From: Octopus bimaculoides
Taxonomy: Eukaryota
Assembly: GCF_001194135.2 (NCBI RefSeq)
Contig: NC_068982.1
Span: forward strand, 145,294,233 to 145,358,232
Length of the DNA stretch: 64,000 nucleotides
Reading direction: 5' to 3'
The notes beneath the pieces are model-generated. The model searched no databases, was not told the origin of the DNA, and saw nothing but the letters and a program-made list of their open reading frames with translations. Shown one piece after another: positions 13,176 through 26,237 of the stretch. The number at the start of each line of letters is the position of its first letter. Position 1 is the first letter of the stretch. The translations under genes and the position numbers were made by a program.

Positions 13176-13335
13176 AGCCTTGTCACTTCTATGTCATGCT
13201 AAATCTCCCTCAGAACTGCGCAGAGGGGAAGCGTGTCTATAGAGTGCTCAGCCACTTGCATATTAATTTTCCGAGCAGGCTGTTCCGTTGGTCGAATGAA
13301 ATGGAATCCTCGTCGTCGTAAGAGACGGAGAACCA
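13176..13335 (+). mobile_element. 3' portion of SINE family C
   Basis: GCCTTGTCAC...GTGCTCAGCCACTTGCA...GAGCAGGCTGTTCC...CCTCGTCGTCGTAAG matches 19612-19797. Confidence 0.8.
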
Positions 13336-14063
13336 AAGAATCATTTGAAACAATTGGTGTTTCTCTCTTGCAATGGCTTCTTCCTTTTTCTGACATAAGG
13401 AAAAAAACTAAAACATTGAATTTTTCCTACGAAGCCTGACTATGGTTCAAGTAAGGCCTAAAGTGGTAATTGTTATATGAACAAACGAACTGAAAATTGC
13501 AATCTTTATCAATGCAAATAGTACCAATAGCAAATAATTATTGATGTACGTATAGTGCTTAAAGTATTTCAGTGTAGTATTATATTTCGATATTGTAAAT
13601 CTATATGTCACAGCACTATGCTACAAAATAGTTAGTGCCATACTAGATTATCTCAAAGCAATGAAAGGTAGATTTTCTTCTTTGAATCAAGTAGGAAAAA
13701 AAATCAATATCTAAAATCCTCAATAACAAAGAAAAATCACACACACATATGCACGACCAAATGCTATACAATGGAATAATGTTAAAGATGCTTTAGGTTA
13801 CAGTCAGACGCGAGCAAAGTAAAACATCCGTATGAATGTTGTTTGTCTTGAAGGCATTCTGTTGCATTTCAATTGTGAGATATTGAAATTCATTTGTTGA
13901 GAATAATGTGGAAGATATGCGAAGACAGTGGTTGCAATGAGTAGAATAAAATCTTTAAAGTAGCAGTGTAAAATTAGATGAATATTCTGAAAAAAAGTAT
14001 TTTGCTGTTCTTTTGGTTTTTCATGACTTCTCAAACTTGACACCGAATCTCTAAGTACTCACT

Positions 14064-14120
14064 TGAGCTGCTAGAAATAGCAGCCAAATCTCACTCAAAT
14101 TACAATCACGCAGTCTTGAG
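14064..14120 (-). mobile_element. Fragment of a further interspersed repeat (GAGATTTGGCTGCTATTTCTAGC motif family)
   Basis: Related motifs recur at about 2372, 23550-23590, 43233-43285 and 52335-52365. Confidence 0.5.
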
Positions 14121-15657
14121 TAACATGAAATTAATTGAACAAAAACCGGTACTGTCACGGATGAAATGTCATATACAAAAAGTGGTGCTGACATTGATGA
14201 AATGCGTTTAACCGTTAGTCTACTTAATATCGATGACAAGCTATTGAATAGCAAACTACAAAGACATACCAGAGTAATTTGAATTGTGAGTGTTCAGAAA
14301 CGGAGCTAAGTAATATTGTATAGTTAGTAAAATCGTACATTGAATTACACTGGTATCCTCTTATCACTCTCACTGTTGGAAATTCATTGATCCGTTGACT
14401 GATCTGTTTGGAAACCTTGAACTAACAACCTTGTTGTCCACAAATTACATTATAGAAAACAAATGCCAGATGTCTGCATAACGTCTGAAACATGCGTAAG
14501 TGTAGTTAGTTAACGAGAAGTGTTCAGTAATATATTCTGCCTATCACTTATCGACTAAAATCGTGAGGTAGACAACGATTGAGAAAATACGCTAAACGTA
14601 GTTTTGCTTGTGCATGTACTGCGTTGGAATTGAAGTGCAGTAGACAGCAACGGTAATGAATTAACTGCAGAAGTGTTACTTCTAAACCAATCTTAGTTGA
14701 GGAGAACCAAGAACTATGAGGGAGAACAATTTTGAAAATTTACAGAAATTCTCTTGGTAACATATTAGTCGTGCGATGCACAAAGACAGGGTTCCCTGTT
14801 GTAGGCACTGTCCTTCACCATTATCTTTTGCAGTAGCACTGAGAGCGAACTAAACAGAAGCTTTGGAGTTGCAGGCCTTTGTAGCACGAGGAATGCAAAG
14901 CTACAAACCAAAGTGGATGGAATTGCTTCACACTTAGTGCATTTTTTCTGTTAAATGAGGTGGACGTAAAATACATTTATCACTAAAAGTAGTTCCTTTC
15001 TAAAATATTAACTCATCATCTACCCTGATAACACGTGACACAAATGAACTTTTTCTGTTTTCGGTGTGAAATCTATACCTTTATGAGTGAAGGATTACAA
15101 CTCAGCAGAGAAAATACATATAACGTCCCGAATCACGTATAAGTATCCCACAATCAGAACGGTGGGATTTGAAATGAAGATATAGTGTTGTATAGCAAAA
15201 TACTTGCCGTTAATCTACCGTTTAGCAATTTCTGATTCCTGCCAACGTCTTTCTTTGAAGTTTATTTTAATTTAGCATTTTACGTACTAATGATCAATAG
15301 TTTAAAACCAATAAATGCACAGACATAATTGTGTAATTCGTATAAATGCTAAAGCATACCTTATCACTTATTTCGCTTTGTATTAGATATCACTGAAAAG
15401 AATCTGTAATAATTCGTTGCAAAACGTAAACTTTAGATAAAACTGTTTTCATTTGGCAGACGCCATATGAAAATCTCCTATTCATTAACAAAATATGATT
15501 ACTTGTTCAATATAAATAGTCTAATAGATAAAGTCACACTTATTGAGATTATAGATTCCCATCTCAGATATTATCCTGTTAAGTTGTTTAAAATAACGTC
15601 GAAGATAATATCTGTAGGGGTTGGCAAAGTAATAAAAGTTGCATAATGCTTCGACAA

Positions 15658-15690
<33 letters not shown>

Positions 15691-16222
15691 NNNNNNNNNN
15701 NNNNNNNNNNNNNNNNNNNNNNNNNNNNNNNNNNNNNNNNNNNNNNNNNNNNNNNNNNNNNNNNNNNNNNNNNNNNNNNNNNNNNNNNNNNNNNNNNNNN
15801 NNNNNNNNNNNNNNNNNNNNNNNNNNNNNNNNNNNNNNNNNNNNNNNNNNNNNNNNNNNNNNNNNNNNNNNNNNNNNNNNNNNNNNNNNNNNNNNNNNNN
15901 NNNNNNNNNNNNNNNNNNNNNNNNNNNNNNNNNNNNNNNNNNNNNNNNNNNNNNNNNNNNNNNNNNNNNNNNNNNNNNNNNNNNNNNNNNNNNNNNNNNN
16001 NNNNNNNNNNNNNNNNNNNNNNNNNNNNNNNNNNNNNNNNNNNNNNNNNNNNNNNNNNNNNNNNNNNNNNNNNNNNNNNNNNNNNNNNNNNNNNNNNNNN
16101 NNNNNNNNNNNNNNNNNNNNNNNNNNNNNNNNNNNNNNNNNNNNNNNNNNNNNNNNNNNNNNNNNNNNNNNNNNNNNNNNNNNNNNNNNNNNNNNNNNNN
16201 NNNNNNNNNNNNNNNNNNNNNN

Positions 16223-16275
<53 letters not shown>

Positions 16276-16348
16276 ACAGAAACGCATACACACACACACG
16301 CACAGATATATAAAACACAAACACCTACACACACGCATGTATTTCATG

Positions 16349-16835
16349 TCGCTAGGAATAGATATGGTAGCCACCTGTGAGATCATAAGTTAAAACAAAT
16401 AGTCATTTGCGCTTTTCTACGATGACCGCAAGATCTAGGGATCCTTCAGTCAGTCAGCATTATGCTATATAACATTTTTATTTCGGAAAGGCATGAGTTT
16501 CGAGAGATAGAAAATTGTCAGAGATCCAAATAGTAAATCTCCATTGTTGGTTGTGAATAGTAACAATGACCGTGTCTTTGAATTAGCAATTGTTTATGTC
16601 TCTACCGGGCGTTGGTGGCAAACTTTCTCATGCGTCTAAAAACCCATTTAGAAATGGCTCGCTCGCTTGTGTTAGTGGGCGACTGAACTTGCATGTTAGA
16701 CGCATAAACCTAATATGTTGGCGTAAATTATGGCAGAAAAGATGTGAGGTGTAAAAGTACTACAAATGTGCTTAGGCTGTTACAACTGCCTGACAGGTAG
16801 CAATTTTGTCCTGGATGGGACGATATGGATTGAAT
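16349..16835 (+). pseudogene. Decayed APE-type endonuclease domain of an L1/Tx1-like LINE
   Basis: Manual translation gives SLGIDMVATCE, FLFRK, AIVYV and LVLVGD* in the order of APE motifs (DxxxxQE, xLxRK, VYAP, GDFN), with several stops and one frameshift. Confidence 0.55.
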
Positions 16836-16837
16836 AC

Positions 16838-16840
16838 TCT

Positions 16841-16910
<70 letters not shown>
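16838..16910. repeat. (TTTC)n microsatellite
   Basis: Direct reading. Confidence 0.95.
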
Positions 16911-16911
<1 letters not shown>

Positions 16912-18443
16912 ATGCGTGTGGGTGTATGTAAGTGTGTGTGAGTGTGTCTGTAAGCATGTGTGTACTTTATGTGTATATATCCCTTTGCCTGTGTGCGTGT
17001 GTGTGTATGTAGGAGAGAAAATTGAAAGATAGAGAAAGACAGAAACAAAGAGAAGGTTGTGTGAGAGAAAGAGAAAGAGAAAGAATGAGAGAAAGAATGA
17101 GAGAAAGAGAGAGAGATGATAGGAAGATAGTTCGCGAAAGATTATGAAAAAAATGATAGCTATGAGTGTGAGTTGTGCTACTACACCTAGTATTGGGGTT
17201 TATTCCCACTGCCAGCTATTTGCCTGAAGGACTATACATTTTCATCTACTTTCAGAATTCAAAACAGTTCTAGACAATCATTTATTATTTTGAAATTGGC
17301 ACCAAGGTATTAAGTCTTATTTAAAGGTCAAAGACAATTTAAATGCAATATCTGTTAGTTAAATGAAGGCATAGTGTCTTCGTAACGGATATTAACGTCG
17401 AGTTGAAATGCTGTCCTCTACCATGGTCGTGACGGTGATAACTAATATGAACTAAAGAATAAACTACATTACGTGTGTTCCATTCACACGATGCCCTGTT
17501 TTAATGCTGATCAGTTTAGGTTTGGGAACTGTTTGTCTTGCTTTTCTTGGCCAAGAGTTATCAGAAATGCTAACGACCCATTTTTTCCTTATAGGCACAC
17601 TTTTAGTTGATTACTACAGTATGCTCACTGCCAAGGAAATAGAAATAAACGAACTCACTATTCGAAGTCTTAATAGTTGGTAAATAGTAATAGTTGGGAA
17701 CTGTATAAACATCTGCTTTGGCATAACCTTTTATTTCATTCGCCTCTAAAAATATCTTATTTCCAACTAATCAACATTTTACATTATTGTTTTATTCAAT
17801 ATCATTTGGCGAAATTGAATTGATATTCGTTTCGTTCTTTTAATAGATCAGACTACTGCAGTGTTGGAATAAATAAATATGGACAGGGATGCAAAGAAAA
17901 AAAAAATCTTCATGAGGGGAAATCAAAAAGTTTCTTTATTATAACTTTTGTTGAGTTCTAACGTATATAGACTCTATAACAAATACACCTTATAACTGAA
18001 AGTTCTGTTTCAAATATAGTGTTTCTCCAATTCGTAGTCAAAACAAAACTGAAATAAATTGTTGCCAGAAAAATATAAATTACTATGAAAAAGCGTCTGA
18101 CATTATTTGGTATCGCCTACGTGCTTGAAGGGAAACTGTGAGTTAAAACGGAATCACTGAAAAGAAATATATAAAAAAAGTAAAGTATGTTGTCAAACTT
18201 TCTTGTTTCAATAATTCGTTCTTGTGTTTAACTTTTATATTTTCGTCTACGTTTATTATAAAAATCTGTACTGTCTGGGACTTCAAATTTTCGCTGACAG
18301 CTTAATCAGTCTGTCATATTGAATAAGCCTCTTGGTGAAACTACATGTCTCAGTCACCTGGGTCCTTTTAATAAATTTGACTCAACTCTCAGTATAAAAA
18401 AAAGAAAAATGTAAAGTTTCCTTCTCTAGTCATACCAACTAAT

Positions 18444-18640
18444 TAGGGCCGGTTTCCCAGTTTCCATGTCGATTACTTATAAGTAATCGCAGGATTACTT
18501 ATTTTTGCCAGCTGAGTAGACTAGAGCAACGTAAAATGAAATGTTTTGCTTAAGAATACAACCCGTCGCCCGGTCCAGGAACTGAAACCACAATCTTACG
18601 ATCGTGAGTCCAGCCCCTTAACCACTAAGATACGCACCTC
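18444..18640 (-). mobile_element. tRNA-headed SINE (family E)
   Basis: Minus strand has CTTAGTGGTTAAGGG A-box-like and GGTTTCAGTTCC B-box-like motifs, then TTGCTCTAGTCTACTCAGCTGGCAAAAAT. Homologous to 45299-45501 and 60637-60812. Confidence 0.75.
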
Positions 18641-18708
18641 TGCATCTTCGGTATTGAATTACGTCTGTAGTAAATGTTCTGTTATTCTTCAAATAACTTT
18701 ACAATAAT

Positions 18709-18937
18709 GATTTTAAATTTTAACACAAAGCTAGCCTTTTCGGTTGAGGGAGTAAGTGAATTTACATCGACCACCAACCCACGCCCAGTGTTCAACTGCT
18801 ACTTATTTTATCGACCCCGAAAAAAATGAAAGGTAAAGACGGCCTCGGTGTAATTTGAACTCAGAATGTAAAGACGGACGAAATGCGGCTTAGCATTTTG
18901 TTCGGTATGCTATCGATTCTGTCATTTGGTCGTCTTA
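18709..18937 (-). mobile_element. SINE family A, near full length, with an 18-bp TSD
   Basis: AAATAACTTTACAATAAT occurs at 18691-18708 and 18938-18955; the body is homologous to 30018. Confidence 0.85.
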
Positions 18938-19399
18938 AAATAACTTTACAATAATAACCGTAATTTAAGATTTTCCTTCGCTTTGTATGGTTTAGTTACG
19001 GAGAAAGGAGAGTGTCCATGATCTTTGAAAACCTTTCATGATTAGTTAGATCGATTTTTTGTTTGTTTGAATAACTGTAACGCAACGCATCAGTGGGGCG
19101 GGAGTTTCAGGAGATTGACACATTGATAAGGATTAGGTAAAGTGGCTGGTGTCAGCTTTCTGAGAGGGTGAAACGAAGTATGAGCGAAAGATAGAGCAAA
19201 AACGAAATTGTGTGGTAGCCGTGGTAGAAAAAGTAACTAACGAGGTAAATCATGGAAAACTAAGTTATCTAGTTATAAAGATCGTGACCAAGAGATTAAA
19301 CACGTATTTCATTAGAAACAAATCCCAGTACAGTTATCAAGATTTTTTGAGATATAGACTCAGCTCTCATAATGATTATTGTTATTATGATACTGTTAT

Positions 19400-19800
19400 T
19401 GTGTGGAGGCGCAATGGCCCAGTCGTTAGGGCAGCGGACTCGCGGTCGTAGGATCGCGGTTTCGATTCCCAGACCGGGCGTTGTGAGTGTTTATTGAGCG
19501 AACACACCCGAAGCTCCACGAGGCTCCGGCAGGGGAGTTGTGGCGAACCCTGCTGTACTCTCTCTCTCATTCTTACTTCCTGTTTCTGCTGTGCCTGTAA
19601 TTGAAAGGGGCCCAGCCTTGTCACGCTGAATATCTACGAGAACTACGTTAAGGGTACACGTGTCTGTGGCGTGCTCAGCCACTTGCACGTTAATTTCACG
19701 AGCAGNNNNNNNNNNACTTGCACGTTAATTTCACGAGCAGGCTGTTCCATTGATCAGATCAACTGGAACCCTCGACGTCGTAAGCGACGGAGTGCCAAGA
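19400..19800 (+). mobile_element. Full-length tRNA(Arg)-like SINE (family C) with 8-bp flanking direct repeats
   Basis: A box TGGCCCAGTCGTTAGG, TCG in the anticodon-equivalent position, B box GGTTTCGATTCCC. ACTGTTAT at 19392-19399 and 19801-19808. The internal 10-N gap duplicates 25 bp (assembly artefact). Confidence 0.85.
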
Positions 19801-20175
19801 ACTGTTATAGTTGTTGCTACTCTGCTGTTACCGTTGATATTGTTTAGCCCAGGTGTATTTGGATGAGCATAATTATGCTAAAAAGCATTGAAACTGCAAT
19901 CACTTTGTCCGCTAACCAAACAGAATATCTAGTACTGCACTGATGTGTCCTTTTTTGTGCATAATGCAGGCAAGAGGTTTGAAGCAATATAAATGTATTG
20001 TAACTTTCACTAATGAAACGAAAATAATGATGGAAACTTCGTTCAAAGAGAGAAATAACTTCTTTATTTATCTACGGCTAATTGCAATAAATTATATCAA
20101 GAGAAATATTGATAATATGATTACTTTTTAATGAAATGCATTCTTAATTCAATATCTAATAACATTTTCTTTGTA

Positions 20176-20226
<51 letters not shown>

Positions 20227-20411
20227 AAGATAGAGAGAGTGTGAGAGAGAGTGAGAGAGAGAGAGATAGGGAGAGAGAGATAGAGAGAAAGAGAGAAGGT
20301 TGAAATGTACTTTAGAGTAATAATATGCTAGAAGAAAAATATATGTGCATGTGTGTAAGTGTTTGTGTTTTATATATGTGTGCGTGTGTGTGTGTGTGTC
20401 TGCGTTTCTGT

Positions 20412-20444
<33 letters not shown>

Positions 20445-20473
20445 ATGTGTGTGTGTGTGTGTTTGTGTTTGTG

Positions 20474-20506
<33 letters not shown>

Positions 20507-21634
20507 CATGTGTGTGTATATGTGTTTGTGTTATATGTAGATGTGATTGTGAGTGCATGCGTTTATGTTATATATATATATATATGCGCTTGTGATATAT
20601 ATATATATATNNNNNNNNNNNNNNNNNNNNNNNNNNNNNNNNNNNNNNNNNNNNNNNNNNNNNNNNNNNNNNNNNNNNNNNNNNNNNNNNNNNNNNNNNN
20701 NNNNNNNNNNNNNNNNNNNNNNNNNNNNNNNNNNNNNNNNNNNNNNNNNNNNNNNNNNNNNNNNNNNNNNNNNNNNNNNNNNNNNNNNNNNNNNNNNNNN
20801 NNNNNNNNNNNNNNNNNNNNNNNNNNNNNNNNNNNNNNNNNNNNNNNNNNNNNNNNNNNNNNNNNNNNNNNNNNNNNNNNNNNNNNNNNNNNNNNNNNNN
20901 NNNNNNNNNNNNNNNNNNNNNNNNNNNNNNNNNNNNNNNNNNNNNNNNNNNNNNNNNNNNNNNNNNNNNNNNNNNNNNNNNNNNNNNNNNNNNNNNNNNN
21001 NNNNNNNNNNNNNNNNNNNNNNNNNNNNNNNNNNNNNNNNNNNNNNNNNNNNNNNNNNNNNNNNNNNNNNNNNNNNNNNNNNNNNNNNNNNNNNNNNNNN
21101 NNNNNNNNNNNNNNNNNNNNNNNNNNNNNNNNNNNNNNNNNNNNNNNNNNNNNNNNNNNNNNNNNNNNNNNNNNNNNNNNNNNNNNNNNNNNNNNNNNNN
21201 NNNNNNNNNNNNNNNNNNNNNNNNNNNNNNNNNNNNNNNNNNNNNNNNNNNNNNNNNNNNNNNNNNNNNNNNNNNNNNNNNNNNNNNNNNNNNNNNNNNN
21301 NNNNNNNNNNNNNNNNNNNNNNNNNNNNNNNNNNNNNNNNNNNNNNNNNNNNNNNNNNNNNNNNNNNNNNNNNNNNNNNNNNNNNNNNNNNNNNNNNNNN
21401 NNNNNNNNNNNNNNNNNNNNNNNNNNNNNNNNNNNNNNNNNNNNNNNNNNNNNNNNNNNNNNNNNNNNNNNNNNNNNNNNNNNNNNNNNNNNNNNNNNNN
21501 NNNNNNNNNNNNNNNNNNNNNNNNNNCAGTATTACCTGAAATCTCTGGGTCTAATTGACACCACAATCGTTCATAACCTATATATATATATTATATATAT
21601 TCATAAAGTACATGTATATATTTATATATGCATG

Positions 21635-21673
<39 letters not shown>

Positions 21674-21689
21674 AATCGAAAAAAAAAAA

Positions 21690-21870
21690 ACGAAAATCAA
21701 ACACAAAAGAAAACAACAATGCGAGGACGTGGTACATGTAAAGCATTAGCAGACGCTCAGGGAAGGAAAGAAAGGTAGTTTAACGTTTCGAGCAAAGCTC
21801 TTCTTCGAAAACAGAGAAAAGTCAGATAGGAAAGGAAGGCGGAGGAAAACAAATCGCCAAGGATTCACAT
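21690..21870 (-). mobile_element. Penelope-like terminal repeat remnant with a degenerate hammerhead motif
   Basis: Minus strand: GTTTT-CGAAGA-A-GAGC-TTT-GCTC-GAAACGT-T-AAAC. Shares the adjacent GACGCTC(A/G)GGGAA motif with 27534-27690. Confidence 0.5.
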
Positions 21871-24226
21871 GTTACATTTTGAAATATATATTTGCATATA
21901 TAAATATTTATGTATATATGTAAAATTATATATACTTTGTAAACACATGTACATGTAGATACACACATACACACACGCATACACGCGTGCGCGCACACAC
22001 ACACACACACACACATCATGCTGAATTCATAAGTACTGGGTTGTTGAAAAGTAGTAAAATCAATATTTTGTTTTATGATCAAAATATAGAGAAGAAAAAA
22101 AAAAGACAATGAGAATTTAGATACATACAAGACTAAAATGTCTAATGTAATAGATTGTCTTGACATTTTAAGCGAGCCATATACGTTATGACAATGTTGA
22201 GTGTCAACGTTAAGTGATCCTTGTCGTCAGTAACGAATATTACGGCTTCGCGTTTTGCACTTTTGTTTGTTTCTCAGAGCGAAATGGCATGACAGCTTGA
22301 TATAGTGTCATATGTATAAACTTTTGATTGTTTTAAATATAAACACATTAATGTGAATCGACTATTTGTACTATTATCTTTTTAATATTACTGAACTTGC
22401 GACAGATCTGAGCTCGTGACTATATTACATTAAATCACTAAAAATAAATTTCAACTAGCAAGTGACCAATAAACTATCCTTTTCGTAAAGCATAAATTAT
22501 TCAAATGACATCTACACAAAAGGGAAGAACTGAGTGTTGGCAACTGTTTGAGAATTTTATTACTAATATTCAGTACAACAAATGTATTAAAATAAAACTA
22601 ACTATCACATTATTCCTGTTATAAATCTTATCGTATCTATGATTTTTCGGATAATATTTATATAATATATTATAGAAGTATTTAGTGATAATTGTTCTCA
22701 CATTCAGATGGAACAAAACAGTAGTCTCTACTTTTCCACCTTTCTCTCTATGGGAGTCAATATTAGTATTTTTATATAATTCATATAACTCTTAATACCA
22801 TTGCGTTTCTGCGAATCATCATCAACGGCCGCCGCTTTGTTGAAAGAACATAAATTACAGGAAATAAGCACAGAGAAGCAGTTTTCAGTAAAATATTTGT
22901 GACGTTTGGTGTGTTGTCTGAAGCAATATTTATGTATTGTAACTTTCAAATGGCAAATAAAGATAATATTGAGAGTATTTCATAATAATTGATAAATGTT
23001 TATTTATCTTGGGTTTCCTGCAATATGAAGTCAACATTTTGTTTGTGTGTGTGTGTACGCATGCTTGTCTATATGTGTGCGTGTGTGTGTGCGTGTGTGT
23101 GTGCGTGTGTGTGTGTGTGCGTGTCTCTGTGTGCATGCATCTTTGTTGAAATGTATTTTAAATGTAACCCTACCAAAGGAAACCAAACACACAAATACAA
23201 AAACAGATGTAAAAATATCATCAACTTTCTGAATAACTGAAGGTGTTAAAAAGTTTATGACAATATGTGTGTCATCATTAACAATCACACGCCTTTATAA
23301 GAACTAGAATACAAATTTTTATGAAAATAAATTTAATTTGCATTAGAAAGTTTTTCATTCTTAGCCAAATAGAAGAAAATTTTATTAGGTCGTTGATCTT
23401 GTGCGCCATATTCTGGAAACTAACAATTTAAAGTCATCCTGAGTCATATTTTAGGTCGGTTGTTTAGACTAAGGCCAGCTCCGACTTAGAAACTTTAATC
23501 GAAACATGTCAGCCCGGACCATTCTATCAATTATTTAAAGACGGTGATTTGATGAGAAATTTTATCTACAATTTCAAGCAGGCCCAGGGATCTTGCAGAT
23601 ATTTCCACGATAGATCGTTCACATTTCCTCTTTTACTCTTTTACTAGTTTCAGCCATACGGCTGTTATCATGCTGGAGCCCCACGTTGAATTATATTCCA
23701 CTTTTCTTTTTAGAGTCTCTCATATACTACAGTTTGTTTTAGATCTCGGTAAAGACGCTGTGTCTGCTAGATGACAATCGTTTCAGCAAAATTTGTAAGA
23801 CAAGACATACACATTATTATTCTCTTCCCAGCAGCCCTCACCCAAATAATATCAGATCTTCTTATGTTCATCTAAACTACAAATATGTTCCATTAATAGA
23901 AAGTTAGATTCAGCAAAACAGACCGCATTTTCTTGTCTCTCTTGAGAGTTATCCCAATTTGTGTGCTTAAATACTACCTATGAGATTAGATACGTGCAGC
24001 CTGTATACGAATGAGGAAGTAAAGATAGACTGATATACACAGAGAGAAATATATATAGAGAGAAAAGGGAGAGCGAAAGAGGGAGAGAGAGAGAGAGAGA
24101 GTGTGTGTGGGAAACAGAGTCAGAGACTGCGAGAGAATGAGAGAAAGAGAGATAGAGGGAGACACAGAGAGAGATATAAACATACTGAGCTTGCCTGAGT
24201 TTAAAAAAGAAATAAATTTAAAGTGA

Positions 24227-24257
<31 letters not shown>

Positions 24258-24272
24258 GTGTGTGCGTGTACG

Positions 24273-24311
<39 letters not shown>

Positions 24312-25641
24312 GTATTTATATGTATATGTATGTATATATGTATATATAAATATATGAGCAGATACTATANNNNNNNNNNNNNNNNNNNNNNATATATATA
24401 TATATATATACGTATTTATATGTATATGTATGTATGTATATATATATGCATATGCATAAACGATGAGAGAAAAGAACGATATAGGAAGAATAAGAGAATA
24501 TGGTGTGTAGAGCAACGGGGGAAGTGAAACAAAGTGTAAGACTGAGAGAGAGAGAAAAGCGTGAAAACAACACACACACAAACACGCACATACACACATA
24601 TATGTATATACATATATCGATATAGATAGATATGTATACATGTATACACACACATATACATACATACAAACATATGTATATGTACATATATAAGAGTTTT
24701 AATTTTAGCAATGTTAAATTAAAAGGTTAGAAAAAAACAAGCATTTACCGATGAAAGAACCCAATAATATAGAGTTAATCTTATACAGATATTGGGTTGG
24801 TTAATGCTTCAAACTTCGGTTATATTGGGTTACTCAACCAAATAAATAAGTCGATAAATGCGAAATGTAATGTGTGTGCGCACACACACACACAAACACA
24901 TACATACAGAAACACATACACACACACATGTATATACTTATATATATATTTGTGTGTGAGTTCGTTTCTATGTGCGTGTAGGAGTATGTGTTCATCTGTC
25001 TCTCTATAATTATTTGGTTATCTAGTTAGGATCAGTGGAAGTGAAAACAAGAAAGACAGAAATTTTGAGTAAATAAAATGGTAGAGAAAGATATTGAGTA
25101 CTATTGAGGGAATGAACTTGATAAAAGTGGATAAAAAAAATGATATAAGATAGTTTCTAAAACTTCGTTCCAAAACTTTAAAAAAAAGTATTGAAATGGA
25201 ATTAGAAAAATCTCACAAAAATAATGTAATTACTATAAAGACGTATACAACACAACCGCCACGCCAATAAGAAAACATACAATTACAGGAATATAGAAAT
25301 ATAATACAAAATAATAAACGTATTAACGAACCTTCCTATTCCTACAAACATAACATAATAAACTAACTCCACATGAGAGAACAAAGTCAAACAAAACTCA
25401 ATACATTCTATATCGTATAAAGAGGCAATTTCAGTTTCCTGGGCAATGTATATGAATTGCCGAAATCAATATTTTATTAAATGTGCGCGTGACAGAATAG
25501 AAACCTGAATGATATCTAATATCACCCGATGGAGTGTATCTGAAATGGATCTTATCTAAAGGAATGAAAGGAATTGAGTGAATAGACACGAAAGAATTGT
25601 TGCTCAGCAAACTAGATTTTATTATGAAGAAGAAGAAGGAA

Positions 25642-25681
<40 letters not shown>

Positions 25682-25821
25682 GGAGATACAGAGAGTAAGA
25701 GAGAGGGAAAGAGAGGGAGAGGAAGAGAGAAGATGATAGGAGAAAAAGGTAGAGAAAAACGTCTGGAATTTAAACTTCTAGTAATTCCTGATCATGCATA
25801 CATACATACATACATACATAC

Positions 25822-25864
25822 ATACGTACGTACGTACGTACGTACGTACGTACGTACGTACGTA
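25822..25864. repeat. (TACG)n self-complementary microsatellite embedded in (TACA)n
   Basis: Direct reading. Confidence 0.95.
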
Positions 25865-26237
25865 CATAAATACATATCTACATACCTACATACATACATA
25901 CATAATTGGACTATCTATGCACACCTACATCAAATCTTGCAGCTCTTCTCCTCTAGTTATACATTTATCCTAATAATCATAGGTACACTGGATTTTGTTA
26001 GTCAAGAAAAAATGTGAATCTGAAACAAGGAAAGAAAAAGACAGCCTAACACGAACTTAACCGATAGTATCAGTTAATGAAACAGAAAATATATGCAAAA
26101 CTTTCATGCAATTATCATTGTTGTTGCCTGAATTCTATGATAGACCTTTTGTTTTTTTAAAATTAGAAACCAACTGTCTCCTTCCTGAATGAATTGTAAT
26201 ATATGAAAAAGTTAAGGCTGATATGCATATTTACCTA

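Noticed and set aside
14640-14870. Possible Tc1/maT N-terminal remnant
   Set aside because: The resemblance needs several frameshifts and is not supportable without alignment.
19403-19480. Functional tRNA-Arg gene
   Set aside because: The acceptor stem does not close and the sequence continues into a SINE body with flanking direct repeats.
19681-19740. 25-bp tandem duplication in the SINE, and a similar one at about 24300-24440
   Set aside because: The duplicated text sits on both sides of a short N-gap, typical of unmerged contig overlap.
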